Shown: positions 34,508-44,550 of the stretch, one piece after another | Position numbering within the stretch: position 1 is the stretch's first letter | How the letters are laid out: every line of letters begins with the position of its first letter | Assembly (NCBI GenBank): GCA_002269645.1 | Contig: NIVC01002692.1 | Location: 1 to 56,744 of the forward strand | Direction of reading: 5' to 3' | DNA: 56,744 bases | Source: Macrostomum lignano | Taxonomy: Eukaryota | The notes under the pieces: generated by a model | Told to the model about the DNA's origin: nothing | The model's database searches: none | Seen by the model: the letters and a program-made list of their open reading frames with translations, nothing else | Program-made: the position numbers and the translations under genes

Positions 34508-35331
34508 TGCATTGGTCTCTCACGTATCAGAATTGTGAGCAGAACAGGGCTGCCGCTATGAGCAGTCAGTGAGAAGCCAAAGATGTCTCGCAGTTGAACT
34601 CGAATGCTGTGTAGAAAATTTGTTTTCTGAATGGGGAAGAAAACTGTTTTCTTAAACACTTTGCTCCAGTAGCTTCCCCATCCGGCTTCAGGATTCATGT
34701 TCACAGTTCGCAGCAGGGAATTCCAGTTGCAATTAGTTGACTCCACAATGCTACAATGCACGTTGATCAGATTGGTGGGCGGGCAGCCAATGTGGTACAT
34801 GGAAACTTGGCGCCCAGGTGGAATTTTCACGGACTGATTTCCGAATCCCAGCCACTGCAGAATTTTACTTGATGGAAGGAATAATTCTGCTCGAGCCGTG
34901 TTGTTGAGCACTACCGTTCTCAATTCTTGGATCTCAAACTTTATGCCAATATCTCTAGCGCTGCTCCGCCCCATTAAACCAGACTCATCAGCCTCCATTT
35001 CAGACTCCCTCTCACTCATTGCATCGAAGAACAGTGACTCAGAGTTGGCCAGCAGCTCATTCATGCGCTCCACCAACTCCTCCACTCTAGCAAAGCGTCC
35101 GGGTTGAAGAACCAAGGCCTCATGCTCTCTTCCATCTGAGACAGTGAAGCAGTAAGGCTCGTCAACATTGAACCATGCAGCAGGCAGATGGATTTCAGCC
35201 AGACCTGCCTCATAGTCCACATTTCGATCCAAGTAAATAGGTGAAGGCAGGTGAAAATGAAAGTCAGCAGGAGTACCTTCAGCATTTTCGCTGTTAATGA
35301 TGATGCTTCTCATAATTGGGAATGGCTGCAC
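34504..35331 (-). CDS. Minor capsid (penton-like) protein; likely ATG start at 35313
   Basis: NSE......PADF.F.LP.PI.L....YEAGLAEI.LP, I.VHCSIVE, LLR.V, I.VQLRD..G pattern of Polinton minor capsids. Confidence 0.8.
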   Translation of the reverse strand: MQPFPIMRSIIINSENAEGTPADFHFHLPSPIYLDRNVDYEAGLAEIHLPAAWFNVDEPYCFTVSDGREHEALVLQPGRFARVEELVERMNELLANSESLFFDAMSERESEMEADESGLMGRSSARDIGIKFEIQELRTVVLNNTARAELFLPSSKILQWLGFGNQSVKIPPGRQVSMYHIGCPPTNLINVHCSIVESTNCNWNSLLRTVNMNPEAGWGSYWSKVFKKTVFFPIQKTNFLHSIRVQLRDIFGFSLTAHSGSPVLLTILIRERPMQ

Positions 35332-35343
35332 AATGTCGGCATC

Positions 35344-36411
35344 TTACACTTTTCTTAAGTCCTTCTCATCCACCCAGTCAGTGGAGTCGTAGCCGGCCCA
35401 CTTGACCAGATATCGGATCTTTCCCTGCCGCTTCTCAGTCTTCAAAATCTTTTCAATCACATACAGCCGCTGCGACTCCGGAACGGCCTGCAGTTCATGC
35501 TCGTGAAAAAGCCCACGAATCTCTTCTCCTTTCATGTCTTTTATCTTGTACATGTAGGGATAATGCTTTGGAGCTCTGGACACCACCGTGTACACTTCTT
35601 CGCTCCAGTTGGCCTTGTACCCTTTTCTAAAAAGCCTGGGTGCATTGGAAATCCGCACAGACTGGTTTTCGCTGAACTTTGGCTTTCCCAGCTTTTCCAC
35701 AGTTTCAATCGCTTTCCCGTCATATAGGCTCATCCAGACCTCGGACTCGTTCTCCTGGCTGACATTCGTTGGGGCCATTCGTATGCTTCTGTGGTATGTT
35801 TTGTTGTAGGACTTCACTAGCTTAGGCAACACATCAAGCCAATGCAGAGTGCTGTTGTGAGTGAAGTAGCGCCACATTTTGCTCTTTAAAGTTCGGTTCC
35901 ATCGTTCAATGACAGCCGCCTTCTGCTCACTGTTGGTTGGGAATGCCAGGATTCCCCTTTCCATACAGCATTGGCGAAAAGTAGAGTTGATAAACTCTTT
36001 CCCCTGATCAGTGCGAACAGTGCGCGGTTGCCGCTTTGAACTTCTTAATATGCTCTCGAATGCCGACTTCACTTCAATAGAAGACTTGTTCTTTAATGCC
36101 CTCGCCCATCCGTACTTGGACAGCACATCAATGCATGTTAGAATATACCTGTAGCCGTTATTATACTTGGAAAAAGGAATCATCTCCACCAGATCCAACT
36201 CCCATTGGTCATCAATACTTCGAACTATGATTGGGGCCCTCGGATAATTCCTCCTTGCTGGCTTATGTAATGTGTAGACTGTCTGATCGTTAAGCCAGTT
36301 TTTCGCAGCTTTTTCACTCACTCGGATACCCTGCGTGCGAACTTCATTAATAAATTTATTGCAGCCAGAAAAGCTTGCTGGCTGCTCAGGGTTAAAGTAA
36401 ATCTTTTCCAT
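35344..36411 (-). CDS. Retroviral-like (rve) integrase with C-terminal chromodomain
   Basis: WELDLVEM, RTDQGKEF, ERWNRTLK (DDE triad), YN.TYHRSIRMAP, YVIEKILK....YLVKWAGY...WV. Confidence 0.95.
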   Translation of the reverse strand: MEKIYFNPEQPASFSGCNKFINEVRTQGIRVSEKAAKNWLNDQTVYTLHKPARRNYPRAPIIVRSIDDQWELDLVEMIPFSKYNNGYRYILTCIDVLSKYGWARALKNKSSIEVKSAFESILRSSKRQPRTVRTDQGKEFINSTFRQCCMERGILAFPTNSEQKAAVIERWNRTLKSKMWRYFTHNSTLHWLDVLPKLVKSYNKTYHRSIRMAPTNVSQENESEVWMSLYDGKAIETVEKLGKPKFSENQSVRISNAPRLFRKGYKANWSEEVYTVVSRAPKHYPYMYKIKDMKGEEIRGLFHEHELQAVPESQRLYVIEKILKTEKRQGKIRYLVKWAGYDSTDWVDEKDLRKV

Positions 36412-36631
36412 TTTTAATTAGAGAAAAAATTAAACTCATTTCGCATTCTTAAGTTCACCAGTAAACTAGCATAACTATAGAGAGAGATGCTTATTTTATT
36501 TTATTTTTAATTTTAAACGAGCTCATTTAATAGGACATTAATGAATAAGCTGAAAAAGCTGGATAAATAGAACTGTTAGACATCAATACAGATGGCATAG
36601 CAATGTCCACGCATAGTCACTTAAAAAGTTA

Positions 36632-37360
36632 TCAAGCACTTTTGTCTGCGTCACCATCCTCTCCACCATTGATCACTTTGGGCAACTTGATTGCATTTTG
36701 CCTGCGCAGGGGCCACGGAAGCTTTCGTTTGTGACAGCCGCTGTTGCCGAGCCCTGAAGCAGCACGGAACCGGTACCACAGTGGGTCGTGCGACAGGTCG
36801 CTGTCTTGCTGGGGTATGCGCCCGACTGAAGTCTCTGGCAGAACAGGCGAGCTGGTTGCATTGTCCGACTCGACGATGCGCAGCCTCTTCTCTTCTTCTT
36901 CTTCTTCTTCGCTGACCGGCAGAGTTTCTTGGCCCTCATGCTTGATGTCCTCGGCCTCCAGCTGATACTCACTCTCCGCCGACTTCTCTCGCAGCTCGTT
37001 GTCGATCCACTCGGCCTTCTTCCAGAGTTCTCCCCATAGACGGGGAGTCAGCGCCACTGAGTTCCGCCGCAGATAATCCTCTGTACAGTCTTCCGGCAGG
37101 CGCTTCAGCCAGATGATACCCCTGCTGACCACAACGAGTTTATCAAAGCCAAGCTTGACTGTGACGCTGTGCCGATTGACTGCCGAGTGCACAAGCTGGC
37201 GTTTCAGCTGCTTCAACTTCTCCCATTGGTATGCATTGAGGTTAAAGCCAGGGATGCCCGCTCTGAGCCCGCTTTCAGAGGAGAAGAAACGTCGGATTGC
37301 AATAAAGCGATGACCTTCGTACTCTTGCACTTGAACTTTGAAGCCGTCACAGAGATCCAT
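36632..37360 (-). CDS. PC4/Sub1-like ssDNA-binding protein with two PC4-like repeats and acidic tail (242 aa)
   Basis: KVQVQEYEGHRFIAIRRFF....RAGIPGFNLNAYQWEKLK matches the PC4 core; second SVALTPRLWGELWKKAEWIDNEL; poly-Glu. Confidence 0.75.
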   Translation of the reverse strand: MDLCDGFKVQVQEYEGHRFIAIRRFFSSESGLRAGIPGFNLNAYQWEKLKQLKRQLVHSAVNRHSVTVKLGFDKLVVVSRGIIWLKRLPEDCTEDYLRRNSVALTPRLWGELWKKAEWIDNELREKSAESEYQLEAEDIKHEGQETLPVSEEEEEEEKRLRIVESDNATSSPVLPETSVGRIPQQDSDLSHDPLWYRFRAASGLGNSGCHKRKLPWPLRRQNAIKLPKVINGGEDGDADKSA

Positions 37361-37433
37361 TAATGATATGTTTCTTTAAGAAGGATGCACAAAAATTCCT
37401 TTCGTCATGAAGCCAACCTCAAAAAATCGCCCA

Positions 37434-37442
37434 TCTTATATA
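37434..37442 (-). promoter_or_regulatory. TATA box (TATATAAGA) upstream of the PC4-like gene
   Basis: tcttatata on + strand, about 75 bp upstream of ATG 37360; same 9-mer as at 22385. Confidence 0.55.
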
Positions 37443-37554
37443 TACTTTCTAGGCGGAGTGGGGTGGGTGCAATAATGAGTTTCCTTCAGTACATATACCA
37501 GCATGCGCTTTGTTATCTCACCGGGCCCCCATGCCCACCCGATGTGCCCCCCAT

Positions 37555-37683
37555 GGAATTTCCATGGCTTTCCCTGCGGCAGAGTCGCTCAATGGATTTA
37601 CATGGGCCCGTATGTTCACTCACTAGGGCCCATGGCTTTTCCACGGAAATTCCTGCGGCGGAGTTCTGTTATCCCATACTACT
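37555..37683 (-). repeat. Polinton right terminal inverted repeat
   Basis: Ends ...cccatactact followed by TSD gaggtt. Confidence 0.95.
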
Positions 37684-39646
37684 GAGGTTCTTGCATTCAC
37701 ACCAACAACGAGATCAAACCGTGGTGGGAGGCCGATCTCGCCCAAACAGCCGTTATCGTCTACGCCACCATCTACAACAGGATTGACATGTCCCCAGAGC
37801 GACTGAACAACTTTGAAATATTGGTTGACAACGTTTTCTGCGGTCGAGTGAACGTGACGCAACACTTTGTTGTGACCAACGTGACCTGCGGCTTGACCGG
37901 AAGCAAAGTTCGACTGGTGAGCCAACTCACCGAACACCTGACCATGTGCGAGTTCGAGCCTTACGGGTTCTACATTCAGTGAGGAAGGATCGCTGCTGAT
38001 GAAGTATTTGAGTTTCACTCGAGCTCAATATAGTCTATATAATAGCTGAACTGGAATGTGACAGGGTCTCCTTAAGTTTAAGTTATGAAATGAGGCCAAT
38101 ACAGCTCGTAATTTCGAATAGGACTTAACGCATGTTTAAAGGGCTTTAACGGCTAATGCAGCTGCTAGCTACCTGTAGAGCTTTTGAGGAGTGAAATCTG
38201 CATGCCAGAATCGATTCATGCCTCAATTTGTGAGGGGTTTGTTTGCTTTCACGAGCGCAATGAAGGACGATATGAGCAATTCTTAGCACTTTTTGTAAGC
38301 GGCCAGTGCAATTAAAGATCAAAACCAAAGCGCTAATGAAAGTTTAGGATTTATAGTTTGAATATTTTATATTTTAGGGACTTCCCTATTCTAAACTTAT
38401 GGGATGAATGGAAAAAATGTTGATTGTGCGGTATATGAAAAAATATGGCTCTAAAATGGAATTGGCGATAGCGATGGGTCTCAGGAAATGAAATTGATAT
38501 GCATGGCGATCGGAATATTCGCGAGTTTTTTAACTTTTATAAACATTTAAATTGCTATTTAGACTTCTTATTATGTTTTTTAAGGTTCATATAATATTCC
38601 TTTCTAATTTAAGTTTATACTTTCTCTGATTTTTTAGATGTGTGTAATGTTTTTTCTTCTTTTGTAATGAAACAGCCAGCTAGTCGTAAAAAGTTGTTTT
38701 GATACAGGCACGTCAATTTACGGTTTACGATTGTTTTTTTGTTTTATAACTCTTAATTTTTGTTATAGCTTTATGGGTGTTTTTTCAAAAATTAAAAGCA
38801 TATTTTAGAAAGCCGAATTAAGTTGGATTGTTCAAGGGCTACGCTTGTTAAATTTACCTGTGTTTTTTAGATTTGCTGCTTCACCTGAACCAAACATTAG
38901 CTATACTGTACACGTTACATGTAAGTACTGTAAATGCATCCGGAATTTTGTTATTATTTTATAATATACACGCTAGCTTAGCTTTGACGCTTAGCAAGAT
39001 CTTATTTTTCCATCGCGGTTCTATTTAATTATAGTTTTTTGCTTGATGATGAATTATTTATTAACTTCCTGCATGCCTACAGTCAACATAGCTATAGCTT
39101 GCAGTTATGATCCGCATGTGCGGAGGCGGTTTATTTTTAATTGTTTATTAATAAAACAATAACATATATTAATTAATTTTTGCAAACCCCGCCAGGGTGT
39201 GGGGGGTCACTCGTGCCTCAGTCCTCGTCCCTTGAGGATGACTAGTTCCCAATCCAAGCAAAAAGTCTATATGCTAACACTATAACTATCAGGATGGTAT
39301 ATATATATGCGTTGGGTGCCTGCATTGCCAGCAACAGCTTTATGGGGGCATCCAGCTCATAAATGCCTGTCAACTGATAGCACGGATAATCAATTAAGTT
39401 TAAAAAAATTTGCCCAGAGTCAGAGAGTCAATTGTCAGGTCTTGCCGAGGCTATCTCTCGTCTCTTTCCTAATTCTACCCTCATGCATGCAGCAGTATGA
39501 AGCCGCGCCAGACCATGCAGTTGCTTTTTGGCATCCTTAATTGGCTTCGGCCCCGTGTTAGACCTGCATGGACTGTGGATCTCTGTATATCTGGATTGGA
39601 AGCCCACCTGTAGCCAAATAAAAATATTATAATGTCCTAAAAATCC

Positions 39647-40275
39647 TCACCATCAAGCATCCTCAGCTATCACCATCAAGCATCCTCAGCTATCACCATC
39701 AAGCATCCTCAGCTATCACCATCAAGCATCCTCAGCTATCACCATCAAGCATCCTCAGCTATCACCATCAAGCATCCTCAGCTATCACCATCAAGCATCC
39801 TCAGCTATCACCATCAAGCATCCTCAGCTATCACCATCAAGCATCCTCAGCTATCACCATCAAGCATCCTCAGCTATCACCATCAAGCATCCTCAGCTAT
39901 CACCATCAAGCATCCTCAGCTATCACCATCAAGCATCCTCAGCTATCACCATCAAGCATCCTCAGCTATCACCATCAAGCATCCTCAGCTATCACCATCA
40001 AGCATCCTCAGCTATCACCATCAAGCATCCTCAGCTATCACCATCAAGCATCCTCAGCTATCACCATCAAGCATCCTCAGCTATCACCATCAAGCATCCT
40101 CAGCTATCACCATCAAGCATCCTCAGCTATCACCATCAAGCATCCTCAGCTATCACCATCAAGCATCCTCAGCTATCACCATCAAGCATCCTCAGCTATC
40201 ACCATCAAGCATCCTCAGCTATCACCATCAAGCATCCTCAGCTATCACCATCAAGCATCCTCAGCTATCACCATC
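39647..40275. repeat. 23-bp satellite (about 27 copies)
   Basis: Unit ccatcaagcatcctcagctatca. Confidence 0.97.
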
Positions 40276-40417
40276 CTCGCAATCCTCGGCAAGCAAAATA
40301 TCATTGCATTTCCTCTGCGCATATCTCACAGCAGTGTCGAGTTCAGACTCAACTGGCTTCAAATTCTGTGTGAGCATGTCGTATTCTGACTTGGGGATCA
40401 GAACCATTTCTGAGAAC

Positions 40418-40765
40418 TTATTCATTTTGTTTCTTTTTCTTCACTAGCTTTATTAGAATGTAGAGAATTTTGATAAAACCCGTATTTAGCAGATCCGCAG
40501 CTCTTCTATGTGTAGAAATTTTGCGGATTATTTGCTTTTGCTTCACTAGCGCTGCCTTTTCAGTGAGTGAGAACGACAGAGTGTTTTGCAATAGGTTATA
40601 GCAGGCCTCAATGAGAAATTCATGTACTGCTTTTGGACCCGCTCTGATCAACAGACGTTTAAAGCTGATGGAATATTTCGGTGAGGCGAGAACATCAAAC
40701 AAACTTTCATGTGAGTCGAATGTTTCCATTATCATTAGTGTTGCAGAATATAGAGCAAATGGCAA
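40418..40765 (-). CDS. Small basic Polinton protein, copy 2
   Basis: Same translation as 31212..31559. Confidence 0.7.
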   Translation of the reverse strand: MPFALYSATLMIMETFDSHESLFDVLASPKYSISFKRLLIRAGPKAVHEFLIEACYNLLQNTLSFSLTEKAALVKQKQIIRKISTHRRAADLLNTGFIKILYILIKLVKKKKQNE

Positions 40766-40782
40766 AATCTCGGCTGTTATTC

Positions 40783-41436
40783 TTAAGTGTAAACCAGGTG
40801 GGGTCGCTGATTGGGCAGGATTCGAGCCCGGACCCGCAGCTCATCAGGGGTGGAAGGGTGAAAATCCAGGAGCAGGTAGGCTCCCCTGCCGTGCGATGTC
40901 ACGTGCTTGAACACTGACAGCAGAAAGCCGGGCTTCTCAGCAAAACACTGCCTGCCCAGCGCCGCAATCTGCAGCTGGTCTCTGGGGTTCTTCATGATCA
41001 CAAAGTACATCGCATTCAGACTCATTGTTCGCAACTCCTTCCCTTTAAAAAATACATTTTGGGTCAGCATAACCAGAAAGCAGGGCAAATGATGGGCAAT
41101 TCCAGTGAAAACATTTCGCATTGCAGCAGAATTGGAAGTTTCTTCAATCAGGTCATCAAATACAACCAGGTCATTGGGTCTCAGTGCGGTCTCGATACTG
41201 CTGGGAAATCCCTGCTGCAAGTGCACGCCGAGACTGCTGAGCTCAGAGTGTGCTGCTTGTGAAATTCCGTAGTACCACAGAACTCTCCCAGGCTTCACAT
41301 CAAACATGACATCCTTGTATTGTATCAGATGTTTCACGAAGGTTGTCTTTCCTGCATTTGTAGGCCCGCTGACAATCATGCAGCTTCCTTGTCGCAGGCG
41401 CACATCATAACAGTTTATCCGCTCACGTGTTTCCAT
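40783..41436 (-). CDS. Packaging ATPase, copy 2
   Basis: Same translation as 31577..32230. Confidence 0.92.
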   Translation of the reverse strand: METRERINCYDVRLRQGSCMIVSGPTNAGKTTFVKHLIQYKDVMFDVKPGRVLWYYGISQAAHSELSSLGVHLQQGFPSSIETALRPNDLVVFDDLIEETSNSAAMRNVFTGIAHHLPCFLVMLTQNVFFKGKELRTMSLNAMYFVIMKNPRDQLQIAALGRQCFAEKPGFLLSVFKHVTSHGRGAYLLLDFHPSTPDELRVRARILPNQRPHLVYT

Positions 41437-41469
41437 CGCCTGTTGAGCTAAATCCTTGATTTTAAAAGT

Positions 41470-41988
41470 CTAATTAAGTTTATTTTTTCTTAAGCAACTC
41501 TCAAACCTTTGCAGAATTCTTTCATTCAAGTGGCTCTGCTGATTTGCATGGAGGTGCCGCAGAACCCACTCAAACGAGCGCTTGAAACGAAACTTTTGAT
41601 AGGCAAACAAGAGACAGAACAAACCGCATTTAGCAGAGTTGCAGCTCTGAATTCGATTCACATTGCTACGTAAGTAGAATGGAGAATACCAAAAGGATTT
41701 CAGTGCTCTGTGAATGATCTCTAAAGTGCTTGAGTCCCAGCCCAGAGAGTTAAAGAGTTCTATGGAATTCTCCTTATTGGCATAACAAACCACCCAGTGA
41801 CCAAAGGACGAGCCGTACTGAAGCAGAAAGAAAATAAACCTACATCGAGATAAATTTTTTTTGAGAGTTGCTCGCTGAATAAAGTTTAAAGCATAAGATG
41901 TTTTATTTATTGAATTCAAGACAATAATTAAATAGTTATTTTGTGGCAAAAAGCTTTTAGCCAGTTTAAGCAGTTGAAAAGCATCCAT
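41470..41988 (-). CDS. Adenain-type protease, copy 2
   Basis: Two amino-acid differences from copy 1 (KRNL/KKNL, KFN/KLN). Confidence 0.9.
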   Translation of the reverse strand: MDAFQLLKLAKSFLPQNNYLIIVLNSINKTSYALNFIQRATLKKNLSRCRFIFFLLQYGSSFGHWVVCYANKENSIELFNSLGWDSSTLEIIHRALKSFWYSPFYLRSNVNRIQSCNSAKCGLFCLLFAYQKFRFKRSFEWVLRHLHANQQSHLNERILQRFESCLRKNKLN

Positions 41989-42011
41989 ATTAGCGTTGCG
42001 CCAGCGTACTC

Positions 42012-43295
42012 CTAGGATGGAAAATCTAGCAGAATCTCCCTGTGCTTCGTGACCTCAATCAGTGAGTCATACAGGCACATAACAATCAGAGATACAGGCT
42101 CCTCCAGGGCCTGTCGGAAGCGAATCTCCAGCCGCAAATTTCCCTCCTTCTGTCCGTACCACAGGGCCGCTCCCTCAGGCGTGAGATCGAATGCGAAAGC
42201 TGTGTTGCCGTTGGAGAACAACTGGTAGGGGACCCACGGAACCGAGTTGGTAGGGCTGGCAGACTGACAGCTTTTCAGGTAGTGCAAGTACTCTCTCACG
42301 AATGAATTATTCTCAGGTGCAAATGCAGCGTGGCACATGGCTTCACCACCTTTCTTTAGTGCTAGCTGGCTGAGGTTGAAGCTCTGGAACTCGAAGGGGC
42401 TGGAATGGTGATGGCCATTGAAGGCTCGGTGGTTCACGAAGACCAGCATAACGAACTTCGGCAGTTTGCCATGGGTGAATCCTTCAATGTTTTTTGACTG
42501 AATTCCCTGGGGTAGAATGAAGTTTTGCATTTCGGTTCGCTCGATGGGGTAAAGTGCGTTCTGATTGGTAAGTCCCTGCTCATGCGCTAGGCTGATGTGA
42601 GGCGCCACTTTGACTCGGCGCAGGTTCAGAATACAATGGGAAATTTCAATTCGGTAGGCTGTGTTGTTCTCATCTGGGGTTCGGATGGCAAATGCAGCTT
42701 CACTGGGCATCAGCTTGATGTGCAGGTGTAAATTGTTCAGCAGCAGAACAGGACACTGGAAGATGTCGCTGAGCAGCGGTCCCGCATACTCCACCCAGCG
42801 GGACTCCCTGTGTCTCTCGGCATGCCCCTCAGCAGCAGTTTCGGGTTCCAGGAATCCGGCGGGGTAGAAATTTAACTGCTGAGCATCGGATGAGCTCATG
42901 AGAGCTTTTAGGTAGGCATGGTAGGGGTAGAGCTGGTCTCCGCCAGAGACAATGCGCTGGTTGATGCTCACGATTACATCTGAGAATGCCGTAGATAGGA
43001 CAAAGTTTTCTGGGTGCACCCCACTGTCTCTGCGCTCAGTGACAACTCCATCGGCATTCCGAACCTCCTCCCTCATCAAAGCCCCGCCAAGCCGGACTAG
43101 GCGACAGCGAATATACAGGAATGAGCTCAGCAGATCAGTGTACTCATCAGCCGATGGATGGCAGTCGAATTCAATTGGTGAGTTAGTAGAAATAGAGTTC
43201 ACGGGGTGAATATCAACATACGTTGATTTTTCAATAGCAGTCTGCAGCACGGGGGACTTGAACAAATCGAGTCTCGGGTTGAATCCGTAAGCCAT
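42012..43295 (-). CDS. Major capsid protein, copy 2 (intact, 427 aa)
   Basis: Uninterrupted ORF starting MAYGFNPRLDLF..P.LQTAIE..TYVDIHP. Confidence 0.88.
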   Translation of the reverse strand: MAYGFNPRLDLFKSPVLQTAIEKSTYVDIHPVNSISTNSPIEFDCHPSADEYTDLLSSFLYIRCRLVRLGGALMREEVRNADGVVTERRDSGVHPENFVLSTAFSDVIVSINQRIVSGGDQLYPYHAYLKALMSSSDAQQLNFYPAGFLEPETAAEGHAERHRESRWVEYAGPLLSDIFQCPVLLLNNLHLHIKLMPSEAAFAIRTPDENNTAYRIEISHCILNLRRVKVAPHISLAHEQGLTNQNALYPIERTEMQNFILPQGIQSKNIEGFTHGKLPKFVMLVFVNHRAFNGHHHSSPFEFQSFNLSQLALKKGGEAMCHAAFAPENNSFVREYLHYLKSCQSASPTNSVPWVPYQLFSNGNTAFAFDLTPEGAALWYGQKEGNLRLEIRFRQALEEPVSLIVMCLYDSLIEVTKHREILLDFPS

Positions 43296-43297
43296 GC

Positions 43298-43714
43298 TTA
43301 TGACAGTGAGTCCAGAACACGCTTCACAGTTTCTTTGCCCACTTTTTGTTTTCTTTTGCCTGTTTTCTTGGCCTGTGTTTTAGTCGTTCTTTTCTTATGT
43401 TGCTTGCTTGTTCTGACCTTGCTTGTTTTGCGTGCTTCGCCACTTTTTTTCTTCTTCTTCATGCGCACCTGCTTTTTATTCACCTTTTTAGCCTGTCCTT
43501 GATTTCCTATGTTTCTATTACTCGTACTATTGCTTCTGCTGCTACTGCTGGTTTGTACAGGCTTTGATGCTAATGATGATGATGATGTTATGGAAGGTGC
43601 TGGAGGAGGCTGGTAAGTCATTATTCCAGGAAAACTCCCGCAGCCATAGAGCATGGACTTTTCATTTCCCGTCCGAGTCCCTGAATACTGCCGAATCAGC
43701 TGCTGATAGTTCAT
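43298..43714 (-). CDS. Basic protein, copy 2
   Basis: One substitution (P/H) versus 34091..34507. Confidence 0.7.
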   Translation of the reverse strand: MNYQQLIRQYSGTRTGNEKSMLYGCGSFPGIMTYQPPPAPSITSSSSLASKPVQTSSSSRSNSTSNRNIGNQGQAKKVNKKQVRMKKKKKSGEARKTSKVRTSKQHKKRTTKTQAKKTGKRKQKVGKETVKRVLDSLS

Positions 43715-44538
43715 TGCATTGGTCTCTCACGTATCAGAATTGTGAGCAGAACAGGGCTGCCGCTATGAGCAGTCAGTGAGAAGCCAAAGATGTCTCGCAG
43801 TTGAACTCGAATGCTGTGTAGAAAATTTGTTTTCTGAATGGGGAAGAAAACTGTTTTCTTAAACACTTTGCTCCAGTAGCTTCCCCATCCGGCTTCAGGA
43901 TTCATGTTCACAGTTCGCAGCAGGGAATTCCAGTTGCAATTAGTTGACTCCACAATGCTACAATGCACGTTGATCAGATTGGTGGGCGGGCAGCCAATGT
44001 GGTACATGGAAACTTGGCGCCCAGGTGGAATTTTCACGGACTGATTTCCGAATCCCAGCCACTGCAGGATTTTACTTGATGAAAGGAATAATTCTGCTCG
44101 AGCCGTGTTGTTGAGCACTACCGTTCTCAATTCTTGGATCTCAAACTTTATGCCAATATCTCTAGCGCTGCTCCGCCCCATTAAACCAGACTCATCAGCC
44201 TCCATTTCAGACTCCCTCTCACTCATTGCATCGAAGAACAGTGACTCAGAGTTGGCCAGCAGCTCATTCATGCGCTCCACCAACTCCTCCACTCTAGCAA
44301 AGCGTCCGGGTTGAAGAACCAAGGCCTCATGCTCTCTTCCATCTGAGACAGTGAAGCAGTAAGGCTCGTCAACATTGAACCATGCAGCAGGCAGATGGAT
44401 TTCAGCCAGACCTGCCTCATAGTCCACATTTCGATCCAAGTAAATAGGTGAAGGCAGGTGAAAATGAAAGTCAGCAGGAGTACCTTCAGCATTTTCGCTG
44501 TTAATGATGATGCTTCTCATAATTGGGAATGGCTGCAC
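43711..44538 (-). CDS. Minor capsid protein, copy 2
   Basis: One substitution (P/S) versus 34504..35331. Confidence 0.8.
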   Translation of the reverse strand: MQPFPIMRSIIINSENAEGTPADFHFHLPSPIYLDRNVDYEAGLAEIHLPAAWFNVDEPYCFTVSDGREHEALVLQPGRFARVEELVERMNELLANSESLFFDAMSERESEMEADESGLMGRSSARDIGIKFEIQELRTVVLNNTARAELFLSSSKILQWLGFGNQSVKIPPGRQVSMYHIGCPPTNLINVHCSIVESTNCNWNSLLRTVNMNPEAGWGSYWSKVFKKTVFFPIQKTNFLHSIRVQLRDIFGFSLTAHSGSPVLLTILIRERPMQ

Positions 44539-44550
44539 AATGTCGGCATC

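Larger units (their letters stand above)
21550..37683. mobile_element. Complete Polinton/Maverick (adintovirus-like endogenous virus), 16,134 bp
   Basis: AGTAGT...ACTACT termini, 129-bp TIRs, 6-bp TSD GAGGTT (21544-21549, 37684-37689); pPolB, ATPase, protease, capsid and integrase genes. Confidence 0.97.
20702..37982 (+). pseudogene. Host PAN/apple + F-type lectin (FTP) gene disrupted by the Polinton: exon 1 20702..21044, exon 2 21439..21549 + 37684..37982
   Basis: Hydrophobic N-terminus, PAN-like C..WC.....C.G.......CQL, phase-1 GT..AG intron 21045..21438. The FTP motif H-x26-RxD-x4-R lies after the insertion. Colinear with the uninterrupted copy at 52497..53636. Confidence 0.85.

Noticed and set aside
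37623-38018. 131-aa minus ORF crossing the right TIR (also 46829..47224, 53271..53681)
   Set aside because: Antisense shadow of the lectin exon
37995-38020. CTGATGA hammerhead-like core after the lectin stop codon
   Set aside because: No paired GAAA or stems nearby
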